DNA of 64,000 bases from Felis catus. Its lineage: Eukaryota. The DNA is taken from the NCBI RefSeq assembly GCF_018350175.1, contig NC_058369.1:9860001-9924000 (forward strand), read 5' to 3'. The position numbers and the translations under genes are program-made. This document shows positions 49,924-62,200 of this stretch, piece by piece (positions within the stretch are counted from its first letter, which is position 1; each line of letters begins with the position of its first letter). Under the pieces are notes generated by a model. It saw only the letters and a list, made by a program, of their open reading frames with translations. It did not search any database and was not told where the DNA came from.

Positions 49924-49977
49924 GCAGATAGGATAGTCACAATGTTCTGCGCAGATAGGATAGTCACGATGTTCTGC
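49924..49977. repeat. 27-bp tandem duplication
   Basis: gcagataggatagtcac(a/g)atgttctgc twice. Confidence 0.85.
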
Positions 49978-50343
49978 GACCACTACCTCTGTGCAAAACA
50001 TTTTCACCCCCACAAAGGGATACCCAGTAGTGATCACTCCCCACTCTGTCCTCCTCCCAGCCCCTGGCAACCCACTAGTCCGCTTTCTGTCTCCAGGGAT
50101 GTGCTTATTTTGGGTATTTCGGATCAACGCAATCCTATAATATGTGACCTTTTGGGTCTGGCTTCTTTCACTCGCTGTAATGTTTTCAAGGTTCAACCAC
50201 GCTGTAACGTGTATCCGAACCTCGTTTCTTTTTATGACCGAATAATGTTTCATTGTATGGATCTACCGCCTTTTGTCTATCCATACATCTGTTGACGGGT
50301 TGTTCCTGCTGTTTGTGTGAATAGTGCTATCAACATACATGTG

Positions 50344-50860
50344 GGGCGCCTGGGTGGCGCAGTCGGTTAAGCGTCCGACTTCAGCCAGGTCACGATCTCG
50401 CGGTCCGTGAGTTTGAGCCCCGTGTCAGGCTCTGGGCTGATGGCTTGGATCCTGGAGCCTGTTTCCGATTCTGTGTCTCCCTCTCTCTCTGCCCCTCCCC
50501 CGTTCATGCTCTGTCTCTCTCTGTCCCAAAAATAAATAAACGTTGAAAAAAAAATTAAAAAAAAAAAAAAACATACATGTACATGTAACACCAAAATGGT
50601 TAATTTTACCTGTATGAATTTTACCCAGTATTTTAAAAAAATGAATGCCGGACGCCTGGGGGGCTTGGTCGGTTACGCGTCTGACTTTGGCTCAGGCCAT
50701 GATCTCACAGTTTGTGGGTTTGAGCCCCGCGTCGGGCTCTGTGCTGACAGCTCGGAGCCTGGAGCCTGCTTCGGATTCTGTATCTCCCTCGCCCTCTGCC
50801 CCTCCCCTGCTCTCTCTCTCTCTTTCTCTCTCCCAAAAATAAACATTAAAACATTAAAAT
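50344..50860 (+). mobile_element. Two CAN-SINEs (50344-50570 young SINEC_Fc-like; 50650-50860)
   Basis: First copy flanked by target-site duplication aacatacatgt. Confidence 0.87.
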
Positions 50861-50899
50861 AAATCAATAAAAATAAAAAAAGGAAGACTCTCAGCTGAG

Positions 50900-51500
50900 A
50901 GGACCTAGCAGCAATGACATACCCGTCCCACCCCCACCCCCAGTAGTGATGGACACACCCAGTGCCCAGGTCTTGACTTCCCATTGCGATACTCCAATAA
51001 AAGGGAATCCTGACTCCTTAGGAAAGCGTCTGATTCTAGGACTGGGGCAGGGAAAACACGAGGCAAGCCCTGCGTTTCTTGAGGTGCCAGGAAATAAGAA
51101 GTGCTAAAAAAACAAAAACAAGCCAACAAAAAATACGGAGTCAAGGCGGCGAAAGGACAGCGCCTGAAGTAAAATGCTTAGAGCGGGAGCCAACTGAAAG
51201 AGCTCCCAATGGCCACAGCTGGAACAGTGTGAGGAACAAAAGAAATCACAATAGTGTCGGGTTACAACCCAAAGACTGAAATAACCGTTCACGAGTCCAT
51301 ATTGGTATAAATAAATGAATGAACAAATAACTGGAGACAGAACAACTCTTCCTCCAGAATTCCAAATAATAAGTGATAGTAAATGTGGAAGGGATGAGGT
51401 ACGTGGAAAATTACTAACAAACAAACACCACAGTAACACTTCTATGCACACAATCTACCCAGAATGCTAGCACGAGTGGGTAAACTGGGAAACAAAATCT
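50900..51500 (+). mobile_element. L1MC-like 3' fragment
   Basis: gacctagcagcaatgacatacc..ctccaataaaagggaatcctgactccttagg..gagtccatattggtataaataaatgaatgaa. Confidence 0.55.
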
Positions 51501-51559
51501 TTGCAGAGCCTCAAAGTGTTTCATCCAAAGCGTATCTCAACTACTGTACTGTAAAAAAA

Positions 51560-52170
51560 AAATTTTTTTTAACGTTTATTCATGTTTGAGAGACAGAGCA
51601 TGAGTGGCAGAGGGGCAGAGAGAGAGGGGGAGACACAGAATCCGAAGCAGGCTCCAGGCTCTGAGCTGCCAGCACAGAGCCCGATGCGGGGCTTGAACCC
51701 ACGAACCACGAGATCATGACCCGAGCTGAAGTCGGCGCGTAACCGACCAAGCCACCCAGGCGCCCCTCAACTACTGTACTTTTGACGTATGTCCACAAAT
51801 CCTTCCAAATTCTCCCTTCCCAAAAGGTGGAGCTTCGTTCCTCTATCTTGGGGGGGTGGTTGGAAGGGGTGTTTCTGGACCCGAGTCATAGTTACGCGGT
51901 ATGTTTGGTCTATGAAAATTCTTCCGGGTGTCCACGAATGATCTGTGTGCTCTTCCTTAAGTGTGTCATACTTTGATCAAAAGTTCAATTGATGGGGCTC
52001 CTGGGTGGCTCAGTTGGTTGAGCGTTGGACTCTTGGTTTTGGCTGAGGTCATGATCCCAGGGTCATGGGGGCTAGCCCCATGTTGGGTTCTGTGCTGAGC
52101 ATAAAGCTTGCTTGAGATTCTCCCTCTCCCTCTGCACCTCTCCCCACCTCCTGTTCTCTCTCCCTCTAAA
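51560..52170. mobile_element. Two CAN-SINEs (- 51560-51766; + 51994-52170)
   Basis: First has target-site duplication tcaactactgtact at about 51537 and 51767. Confidence 0.85.
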
Positions 52171-53160
52171 ATAAAAAATAATAAAGAAGGCAAGAGAAAT
52201 GCACAAGGAAAGAAGGAAACAGAACTATCTGTCCCAGAAATGCACATGTTGGCGTTAGAATCACAACAAAATACAAAGAAGCGACAACTAAAGCTACCCC
52301 TAGGGGGTGGGAGGGCCTGTGACAGGATTATGCAGCGGGGGATGTCTATGCTGCTGGCACAGTTCCATTTCCTGACCTGAGCGGTAACAACATGGGTGTC
52401 TTGTTTATGATTCTTTCAACTGCACGTTCTGGCCGAGTCAGCTGACACTCGCTTGTGAGACCTGATGGTTGACTCTTCGGGACTCTGCTGACCACGCAGA
52501 CGTCATATTGGTAGCTTGAAATTGGCCGGAAACCAACAGCCGCTACAAACCAGGGTCTTTTTAATGTCTTTCTTTCTTTTTTTTTCTTTCTTTCTTCTGG
52601 AGAACTCATTGGTAAACGCTTCCCAGCACATCCCAGCTTCTTGATGTATGTTATCGTAATTAAACATTTTAAAGTTATTTTTTAATGGTGGTAAAATACG
52701 CATAAAATTGATCATCTTCGTCGCTTTTACGTGTCCAGTTCATCTGCTCAAATTTGAGAACCATTATCATAGGTCACTGGGAGGATGAAACAGATGCAAA
52801 ATACTTAGAGCGGTGCCTGGCCTTGTAGCCTAGCCCACACTGCGAAGCAGAAACGCTCATTATCATTGTTATCCTAGAGGAGATCCAGCCCTATGCGGGG
52901 GTTGTATCTTGGCTGTGCCCTCTCTTTGGGTCTGGTGGGGTCTGGGTCCCCGGTCTCTGCTGAATCGAGACCTTCTCGCCCTTCTAGATGAAGATGACAG
53001 TGAGCTGGAGCACGTCACTCCGTCCCTGGTTAAAGGTTATCACTTGCTCCTGGAAACGGGAAAGGTCGGGGTTGTGGGGGGCATGCCAGCCTCCCCTCTG
53101 CTGGAGGAGATAAAGGAGGTCACTTGCCTTCTCCGTGACAGGTGGGGGGAACCCGGGGTG

Positions 53161-53167
53161 TATAAAT
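53161..53167 (+). promoter_or_regulatory. RLN3: RLN3 TATA box
   Basis: TATAAAT 90 nt upstream of the RLN3 ATG. Confidence 0.7.
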
Positions 53168-53250
53168 GGGGGGCCAGGAGGCAGCAGAGACACAGACTCC
53201 CAGGGAGGTTGCATCGCTGTGCCCCAGCGTCCCAGGTGTTCCTGTCCAGC

Positions 53251-55061
53251 ATGGCCAAGCGCTCGCTGCTGCTGCTGCTGGCCGTGTGGGTGCTGGCTGG
53301 GGAGCTGTGGCTGAGCACCGAGGCCCGGGCATCACCCTACGGAGTGAAGCTTTGCGGCCGGGAATTCATCCGGGCCGTCATCTTCACCTGCGGGGGCTCC
53401 CGATGGAGGCGGTCAGACATCCTGGCCCATGAAGCTACGGGTGAGGCTGGGGGGGGGGGTGCGGCTGGGGGGGGGGGTAGTGTGGTGGGGAGGGGTGGAC
53501 AATGGATGGGACATGGGATGGTCCAAGGAGCCAGGGATGGAGACGAGATGAAGGGCCGGGGCAGGAGAGTCCCTGTCCTATGATGTACAGCTGGGGAAAC
53601 TGGCCCAGGCCTCAGAGCTGTGCCGAGGCAGGGAGGAGCCGGTTAGCAGACCTGCAGAGTCGTGAGAGAACTGGCCGCTGTTTTTGGAGCACCTGCTGTG
53701 TATGAGCCTGTCCTTAAGGATGGGGGGTCGGGTGGGAGATGGGACGCCATTGAGAAACTGACACTGAACCCCTTTTCAACCTTCTGCGGAAGGTAGTGTG
53801 AGGGGTGTGGTGTATACAAGGCCAGATTTTGCCACCTAGCTGGTGACCCTCCTGGCAAGTTGCTTACCCTCTCTGAGCCTCCTTATCTGCAAATGAGAGG
53901 CACAGTCCCTGAATCTCCCAGGATGGCTAAGTGGCAACACTGAGTCAAAGCAGATCAGGACGGTGGGCAGGGGGCTCAGTCTGGGCTCAAGCGGGGGGCA
54001 CGGGGCCTGGTTTCATGAAGGGCAGGAGCCTGGCGAAAAAATTAAACAAAAGTTTTCACGATGGTGATGATATAAAGGTGGACTTGGAAGACACGCTGCC
54101 TGGGTTCAAGTAGGAGACCTACAACTTAATGGCTGCGTGTTCTTGTGCAAGTTGGTTTACGAAACCGTGCCTCGGTGTTCTCCTCTGGCAAATGGGCATG
54201 GTAATAGGTGCCCCCACCTCATGGGGTTGTCATTGTGAGGAATAAAGGAGTTAGCCCCCTAAATCCTTTAAAACAGCGTTTGGCAGAGGGTGCCTGGGCG
54301 GCTCAGTCGGTTAAGGGTGTGACTTCAGCTCAGGTCACCTCTCTCTCTCTCCGTGAAAACTAAATAAACATTAAAAAAAACCAGCAACAACACAGTGGCT
54401 GGCACATGGTAAGTATACGGTGAGTGCTTCTCGTGTGCCACACTCTGTTCTAAGCTTTTCCATGGGTATTAATTCTGTCATCTACTCCACGTAAAACCCT
54501 AGAAGGTAGGCATTATTATTATCCCCACCTTGCACACAAGGAAACCAAGCGTCGGAGGAGTACATTCATGTGCTCCAGAGCATAACTCAGAGAGGCTCCC
54601 AAACACATGTTCTTAACCATCAGGTCCTCAATGAATAAAGAGTAGGAGAAAAGAAATGACAAGAGAGGACAGTCAAGCTCTGTGAGGTTGAATAATCTGC
54701 CTGTCAAAACTGGAAGGTAGGCCTGAATGGGATAAAACTTTTGACCATGAAGCTGCATCACAAGAATAGAAGTAGCTGAGACAGCCTCTGGGTGTGATCG
54801 CAGCTGAGCCCCAAGCACTAACTCTTTTCATCCTTCACCTTCCCAGACACAGACTCTGACACAGACAGCGAGCTGGACGGGGCAGTAGCCTCCAGCGAGT
54901 GGCTGGCCCTGACCAAGTACCCCCGGGCTTTGTATGCAGACCGACCTGGCTGGCAGGGAACTCCAGGGGCTCTGCGCCCTGTCCGTGATGTCCTGGGTGG
55001 CCTCTCCAGCAACTGCTGCAAGTGGGGGTGCAGTAAGAGTGAAATCAGCAGCCTCTGCTAG
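53251..55061 (+). CDS. RLN3: Prepro-relaxin-3 (134 aa)
   Basis: Exons 53251-53440 and 54847-55061 (TAG). Signal peptide, B chain RASPYGVKLCGREFIRAVIFTCGGSRW with the RxxxRxxI motif, RR and RPVR processing sites, A chain DVLGGLSSNCCKWGCSKSEISSLC. Confidence 0.96.
54085..54380. mobile_element. MIR fragment (about 54085-54260) plus internally deleted CAN-SINE (54288-54380)
   Basis: cctcggtgttctcctctggcaaatggg MIR core; SINE head joined directly to the CT tract and tail. Confidence 0.6.
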
Positions 55062-55617
55062 ACCAGCGACCGGGTGGCCAGGGCCCCAGGGGCCAGCTGG
55101 GCACCTGACTCTGGCCCCTCATGCGTTCATTCATCCGCAAGTCAGGAGTCAGGCACTGGGCACTTGGACACGCTGCCCCCCCCCCCCCCATGACCCTGAC
55201 CTTTGACCAGCCTCTCCTAAACCCCAGCAAACTTCCCCTACCTGGCCAAATGGGAACCTCTGATCCTGACCCCTGACCTCTCCTTAGGTCCTATCATGCC
55301 TTTGCCTGGCCTATACCGTTCCCTGCCGCAGTGGCGCCCCTATTGTACTGAAACCGGCCACGCTGAGACCTTTGCCCAAACTGTGATTCTCTCGTGCCCC
55401 AACTGTGGCCACTCTTCCAAATTACGCCCCCGCTCCATTCCAGCCTTTGCTCGGTGCCTTCTCCCTGCCTTCCAGCCCCTCCTCCTCCAACCCCACCGGC
55501 TGGGGTTCTAGAGCTGTGGACCTTAGAATAATGGTGGGGACCCCTGGGCTCCCTTCACCCATCCTGGGGTGGGAGGCTCGGTGGGGGGGACCGATCGGAA
55601 CCTTCTTCGACCCCAAT

Positions 55618-55623
55618 AATAAA
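55618..55623 (+). terminator. RLN3: Probable RLN3 polyadenylation signal
   Basis: First AATAAA after the RLN3 stop codon. Confidence 0.5.
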
Positions 55624-55639
55624 AGTTCCAAAGGACTTT

Positions 55640-56250
55640 GCGGCGTGTGCGTTGTTGCGGGGTGGGGAGGGCACGGGTTTCACACGAGCTCGGCGAGGCG
55701 CTCAGCACCCGCCAGACGCCCCAGGCCGTTTTCCCCTCCCTCTCGACAGCCCCAGCCTGCGCCGCTGGGGACTTTCCGCCACCGGGAAGGGGCGGGGACC
55801 CGGAGCGCAAGGTGCGGAGGCGGCTGGGAGGGGAGGGGCGCTTCCCGTGGCCGCCTGGGTGCCGGACCCGGAGAGCGAGGCGAGCGGCGCTGCCGCGCCG
55901 GGCAGGGCCGGGCAGGGCCGGCCGGACTCGGAGCGCGGTAGGGGGAGCGCCATGCGAGGGGCCCGGGCCGCTCCCTTCCGGCCGCGGCCGGAGCTGGTGC
56001 TGCTGCCTCTGTTGTCGCTGCTGTGCCACCGGAGTCGACCCCAGGGTGAGTTCTGGAGCGAGCTCGTGTCGGGCGCTCTGGCGCCGCGCTCGCCCCGGGG
56101 GCGCAAAGCCTCCGGGTGCACCGCAAGTTTGCGGAACGACCGCCGCCTCTCTGCACCTCCTGGGGCGGGGACCGCGCCAAGAGGGCAGCTGGGGAACGGG
56201 GGTCGGCAGCGAGGTGGGAGCCCGAGGCCCGGGGGTGGGGTGGAGGCTCT
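55640..56250. promoter_or_regulatory. IL27RA: IL27RA CpG-island promoter
   Basis: CpG-dense; NF-kB-type GGGGACTTTCC at about 55767-55777 and GC boxes upstream of the ATG at 55952. Confidence 0.7.
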
Positions 56251-59200
56251 TGGGGTGGCAACAGGATGTGGCTGGCAGAGGGAGTGGAGTAGTTATGCCC
56301 AAAGCCTGGGGAGGGGTATCCAGCGCCCCCTTCCTACTGCTCGCCTCCGGCAGGGACCCTGGATCGCCCTCCCCAGTTGGCAGAAGTCCGGGGGAAGTTC
56401 AGGTTCTGGGATGTGCAGGCGGCTGGGAGAATTGACCCTCTTCCCTGGGACCCTCCCACCTCCCTCTCCAGGAAGTCCCGGGCCACTGCAGTGCTATGGA
56501 GTTGGACCCTTGGGCGACTTGAACTGCTCGTGGGGACCTCTTGGGGATCTGGCAGCCCCCTCCACGCTGCACCTCCAGAGCCAGAAGTAGTGAGTACAAC
56601 CGGCTGACGTGGGGAAACTGAGGCTTTGGAAGGGTGGCCAGTCAGGTCCCAGCATACTCAGTTGAGAGGACCCCTCCCCCCCACACTCTCAAGCCCTTTC
56701 TTTGATTCCAGGTTGTGCATTTCCTTGCTGTGTGACCCTAAAGCAGTCACTTTCCCTCTCTGAGCCTCTCTTTCCTCCCTCACCAAATGCCCAGAATAAA
56801 GGGACCTGCCTCCCAGCTTTGGCTTTGAGGGTTCAACGAGTTAGGCACTGGCCAAGAGAAATTGCTTAATAAGTAGAGGCTGGTTTTTATTGCTGTGTGA
56901 CCTTAGGCAAGTAGCTTAACTTCTCTGAGCATGTAAAAAGGATCAGGTCTGGTGCTGGGGACGCAGCAGTGAAAGAGGCCGACCGACAGCCTGGACCTCG
57001 TGGAAGTCACGGTTGAAGGGGGGAGACCTGGGTTGCTTCATGATGAATCACACCTGCAAACTCCAGTTCATGTCGAATTTGGCTAAGTGAGGGAGGCGTA
57101 AAAGGAGTATGGAAAGGTGGGAACCGCTGGTCGGGGAGGGGCTGTTGCCTTTTTTTAATTTTTTTTTCAACGTTTATTTATTTTGGGGACAGAGAGAGAC
57201 AGAGCATGAACGGGGGAGGGGCAGAGAGAGAGGGAGACACAGAATCGGAAGCAGGCTCCAGGCTCCGAGCCGTCAGCCCAGAGCCCGACGTGGGGCTCGA
57301 ACCCACGGGCCGCGAGATCGTGACCTGGCTGAAGTCGGACGCTTAACCGACTGCGCCACCCAGGCGCCCCTCTCAGCCATTTTTAAGTGTTCGGTGGCAT
57401 TCGGTACATTCACATCGTTGGGCAGCGGTCCCCACCGTTCCTTTCCAGAGGGGCCTAGGTTTAAGCCCCCTTGGTTTAAGAGGGGGCAGTCGGAGAAGGT
57501 CCCCCCTTTTCTAAGGAGGCGAAATTCACATAACACAAAGTTAACCATTTCAAAGTGAACAATCCAGTGGCGTTCGGTACATTCACAGTGTTGTGCAACC
57601 ACCTTCTCTACTTCCAGAACACTCTCATCACCCCAAAAGGAAGTTCCATCCCACGAACAGTCCGCTCCCTATCGTGCTCCCCACCGGTCCCTGTCACCGC
57701 CATCCCGCTTTCTGTCTCTGTGGGTTTACCGGTTCTGAGTATTTCATATAAAAGGAATTATACACTATGTGGCCTTTTGTGTGTGGCTTCTTTTACTTAG
57801 CATGTTGTTGTTGTTTTTTAAGTTTGTTCATTTTTGAGAGAGAGGGAGAGAGACAGAGTGCAAGCAGGGGAGGGGCAGAGAGAGAAGGAGACGCAGAATC
57901 CGAAGCAGGCTCCAGGCTCCAAGCTGTCCGCCCAGAACCTGATGTCCGGCTCGAACTCATGACCTGAGCCGAAGTCAGAGGCTTAACCGACTGAGCCACC
58001 CAGGCGCCCCTCACTTAGCGGGTTTTGAGGTTCATCCACGTTGTAGCATGAGTCAGAACACCATTCCTTTTTATGGCTGAATAATATTCCACTGTAAGGA
58101 TTGACCACATTTTGCGTATCCACTCATCTGTTTGGTTTTTTTTTTTAAGATTATTTATTTTGAGAGAGACAGAGAGAGTGAGTGGGACAGGGGCAGAGAG
58201 AGACGGAGAGAGACAATCCCCAATAGGCTCTGCACTGTCAGTGCAGAGCCCGGTTCGGGGCTCAACCCCACAAACTGTGAGATCATGACCTGAGCCAAAA
58301 TCAAGAGTCGCCACCCCGGCGCCCCTCCATTCATCTGTTGATGGCCATTTAGTTTGTTTCCACCTTTTGGGAACTGTGACTAGCACCATTAGGAACATAC
58401 ACCTACAAGCGTTTGAGTCCCTGTGTTCCATTCTTTTGGGTCCGCGCATAGGGGTGGAGTTGCCGGGTCGCACAGCAATTCTGGGTTTAACTGAGAAACG
58501 GCCCAACTGTTTTCTGCAGCAGTGCAACATTTTCCATTCCCGTAGGAGGGCCTACGGTTTCTCCGCATCTTCACGAGCGCCTGTGTTTTTGTTGTTGTTG
58601 CTGTTTTATGAAGGCCTCGTTTTTGCATCTTTGCAACCTCATCCTTCAGGATATCCCCAGCGCCGCTCTCTGTCACCCACCTCTGACCTGTCAGCGAGCC
58701 TTGCCGGCTCCACCTTCTCCAGTATCCAGAATCTGGCACTTTCTCCTTCCCCAGCACCCACCCTGGTCTAGTCCCCGTCCTGGCCAGCAGAGCCGGGACC
58801 ACGGAGTCCCCACCTCCTTCCTGGGCTCCGGTTTGCGCCCTCCCGGCGTGTTCTCCGCCACAGCAGCCAGAGGGCGCCCGTGGACACCTGAGTCAGGGCG
58901 CATCTGTCCACCTCCCTCGTTGCACCCCTGCCACGCGGGCTTCCTTGCTGTTCCTCAAACACACCGGTCAGTTGACCTCGAGGCCTTTGCACCGACTGCC
59001 GCTTCTTCCTAAAAAACGCTTCCCCTCCCCCGCCCGCCACCACCCTGTACTGCACGGCCCCGCCCTCGTATCCTCCGGGCCTTTGTTCAAAGGTCTCCAC
59101 CTCTGAGAGAGGCTCCTGACCACCCTTCTTAAAATAGCACTGTCTTTTCTCACCACATCACCACACTGTATCCTCTCCACCCTGATGATTGTTCTGTGTA

Positions 59201-62200
59201 TCGCGTATAACCGCCATCGATTATATATTTATGTGTTTCTCCTTGGCCTCCCCCCCGACTGGAGGAGCAGCTCTAGAGAGCCGGGTCCTGGCCTGCTCTG
59301 GTCCCAGTCCTGTCCCCAGCTCCCACAGCAGGGCCTGGCACAACATGGATTTGCTGACTGTACCGTTGCATAAGTGTAAATGTGCCCGCCTGGAAGTAGG
59401 TGCTCAATAAATGCAACGAGCAATGCTCACGTGGCTTGTGGCGGGCACCCACTGCTGTTTTGGTTTGTTTTTTAAGCTTATTTATTTGGAGAAAGAGACA
59501 GCTCGAGCAGGGGAGGGGCAGAGAAAGGGGGAGAGAGAGAATCCCAGGCAGGCTCCGCCCTAACAAGTGCAGAGCCCAGTGCGGGGCTCGGACTCAGGAA
59601 CCGTGAGATCGTGACCTGAGCGGGATCCAAGAGTCGGACGCTTAACCGACTGAGCCACCCAGGTGCCCCTCCCCCTCCCCCCCCCAATGCTGTTCTAAAC
59701 GTTCCACGTATTACCACGCGGTTTATGTTCTAAACGTACGTGGTAATACATTCCACGTCTTACCTCATTGATTCCCCTCGCTCTTCCGCCCTTCGGCAGG
59801 CGCTTCTGTCACCCTCATTTCGTAGATGAGGAAACTGAGGCACAGAGAAGTGAAGTCATTTGCTCAAGGTCACACAGCCCTGAAGCAGCAAAGCTGGGAT
59901 TTGAACCCAGGCAGAGCAGTTCTCACGATGGCTTTGGCCCCAACCCAATCTATACCCCCCTACCTCCACATCTCTCCTCACAGCCATCCCAACAGAACGT
60001 GGACTGTGACAGTGCCCACTGGGCAGAGCTGGGTGACCATTCCGCGGGAACAGCTTACCATGTCTGATGAACTGCTTGTCTGGGGTACCGAGGCCGGCCA
60101 GCCTCTCTGGCCCCCAGTCTTCGTGAACCTGGAAACCCGAAGTAACAGGGGGGATAGGGGGTGGGTGCGTGCTGTGGGGGGGGGGGTGGGTGGTCCTGGA
60201 GACCCCGGCTAAATACGTTCCGGCCTCTCCTTCCTCAGTGAAGCCGGATGCCCCCCGGCTCTACCCTGACGTCGACTTTTCAGAGGATGACCCCTTGGAG
60301 GCCACTGTCCATTGGGCCCCGCCGGTGTGGCCACCCCACAAGGTCCTGGTCTGCCAGTTCTACTATCAAAGATGCCAGGGGACTGCCTGGACTCTGGTGA
60401 GTGTCAGGGGCCCCTCTTCCCCCATCCTACTCCAGGCAGGGTCCAAGGCATCATCCCCAAATCAGAGACCCAGCCCAGAACCCGTTCCTCACTTGTTCCT
60501 GGAGTCTGTCCCCATCTCACACAAAAGGCCTGTATGTTGCATCTTGTTCAGCTAAAAAAAAAATCACACCCCGCCCCACCAAATAATCTCAAATTTCATG
60601 CAGTCCCAATCCAAATTCCACTTGGGAATGTTGAGAAACACAGTAAACTTCCTCCAGCCTTTTTGTGAATGCAAAGAAGCCCTCCGATAGCTTACATTAA
60701 CCTTAAAATAACAGAAGACATTTAGAAAGCGTCTGCTGTGTGCCAGGCACTATTCTAGGCTCTTTATTGAACCCTTATAAGAACTCATTGAGGTAGATGC
60801 CTTTTTTTAAATGTTTATTTATTTTTGAGAGAGGGTAGGGGAAGGGCCAGAGAGAGAGGGAGACACAGAATCCGAAGCAGACTCCAGGCTCTGAGCTGTC
60901 AGCACAGAGCCCGATGCAGGGCCGGAACTCACGGACCGCGAGATCATGACCTGAGCTGAAGTCGGACACTTAACCGACGGAGCCACCCAGGTGCCCCGAG
61001 ATAGATGCCTTTTATACCTACTCACGTTACAGATGAGGAGCAAGGCTTGGTTTAAATAAACACTAAAAAATAATTAATAAAGGCAGCTGACATTTCTGAG
61101 CACCTGCTGGGCATCATCAGGTCCCAGGCTAATTGCACAGATTATCTTGATGAGTCCCTCCCAACTTTCCTTTATAGCAGATGCTTTTACGATATCTGCT
61201 TCACAGTCGGGGAAGCCAACCTCAGAGAAGCTAAGCACCTTACCAAGCTTGCACAGCAAGAAAATGGAAGAGAACCCTAGAGCGAGGAGACCCCCAGAAG
61301 GAGTTGGGGGGCCCGCCCGTGCACTTTGTACAACACAGAAGTTGCCAGGATCATTTCCTCTCATATCTCATTGGCCAGGACACGGTCACATGGTCCCACC
61401 TGATTGTGAGGGAGGCTGGGAAACGTAGTCCTCAGTCTTGACAGCCATGTTCCCCGCTGATACGCAGGGCTTCTATTTCCAAAGGAAAAAGGGGAGAATG
61501 GATGTTGGGGATCACCAGTTGTCTCAGGCGCCTCATGCAAAACATTGCAATATTGAAGAAAGTTGTCATTGTGATTATGCATGCGATTCAGAGCAATGCT
61601 GAGAGGCAGACTTGGGAATCTGACTGCCTGGGTAGGACTCTCATCTCCAGCGCCCACCTGCTTTGTGACCTTGGGCAAGGCACTTCCCCCTCTCCAGGGC
61701 CTCAGTTTTCCTCAACTGTAAAAGGGGGAGAATAACAGAGTTTACTCCTACCTACTGCTGTACATGAGCCATAGAGTGGCCAATTTGTCTCCTCTTTTTG
61801 CTGGGGATTGTCCCAATGTCAAACCCAAAAGGCCTGGGTCCTGGGAGTCCCCTTGGTCGTGTGCAAAGCAGAGGGCAGTTGGACCCTGCGGAGATACCAG
61901 GTCAGATACTCGCAACTCAGCCCTCGGCTTCACTGCTCTTCCCTGTCTCTCCGCCAGCTGGAGCCAGAAGTGAAGTCCATACCCCTGACCCCCGTTGAGA
62001 TCCAGGACCTGGAGCTAGCCACTGGCTATCGGGTGTACGGCCGCTGCCGAATGGAGAACGAAGAGGGTCTGTGGGGCCACCAGAGCCCTGTTCTGTCCTT
62101 CCAGACGCCGCCCTCTGGTGAGGCTCTCCAGGCTTGCCCGACACCCTCGTCTCCCCTCCCGGAAGTCTGTACCACCGTGCCTCTCTCACTTGTACCCCCT

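Noticed and set aside
52909..53250. N-terminal extension of RLN3 suggested by ORF 52909-53583
   Set aside because: It starts at a non-ATG codon and spans the TATA box at 53161; the signal peptide starts at ATG 53251.
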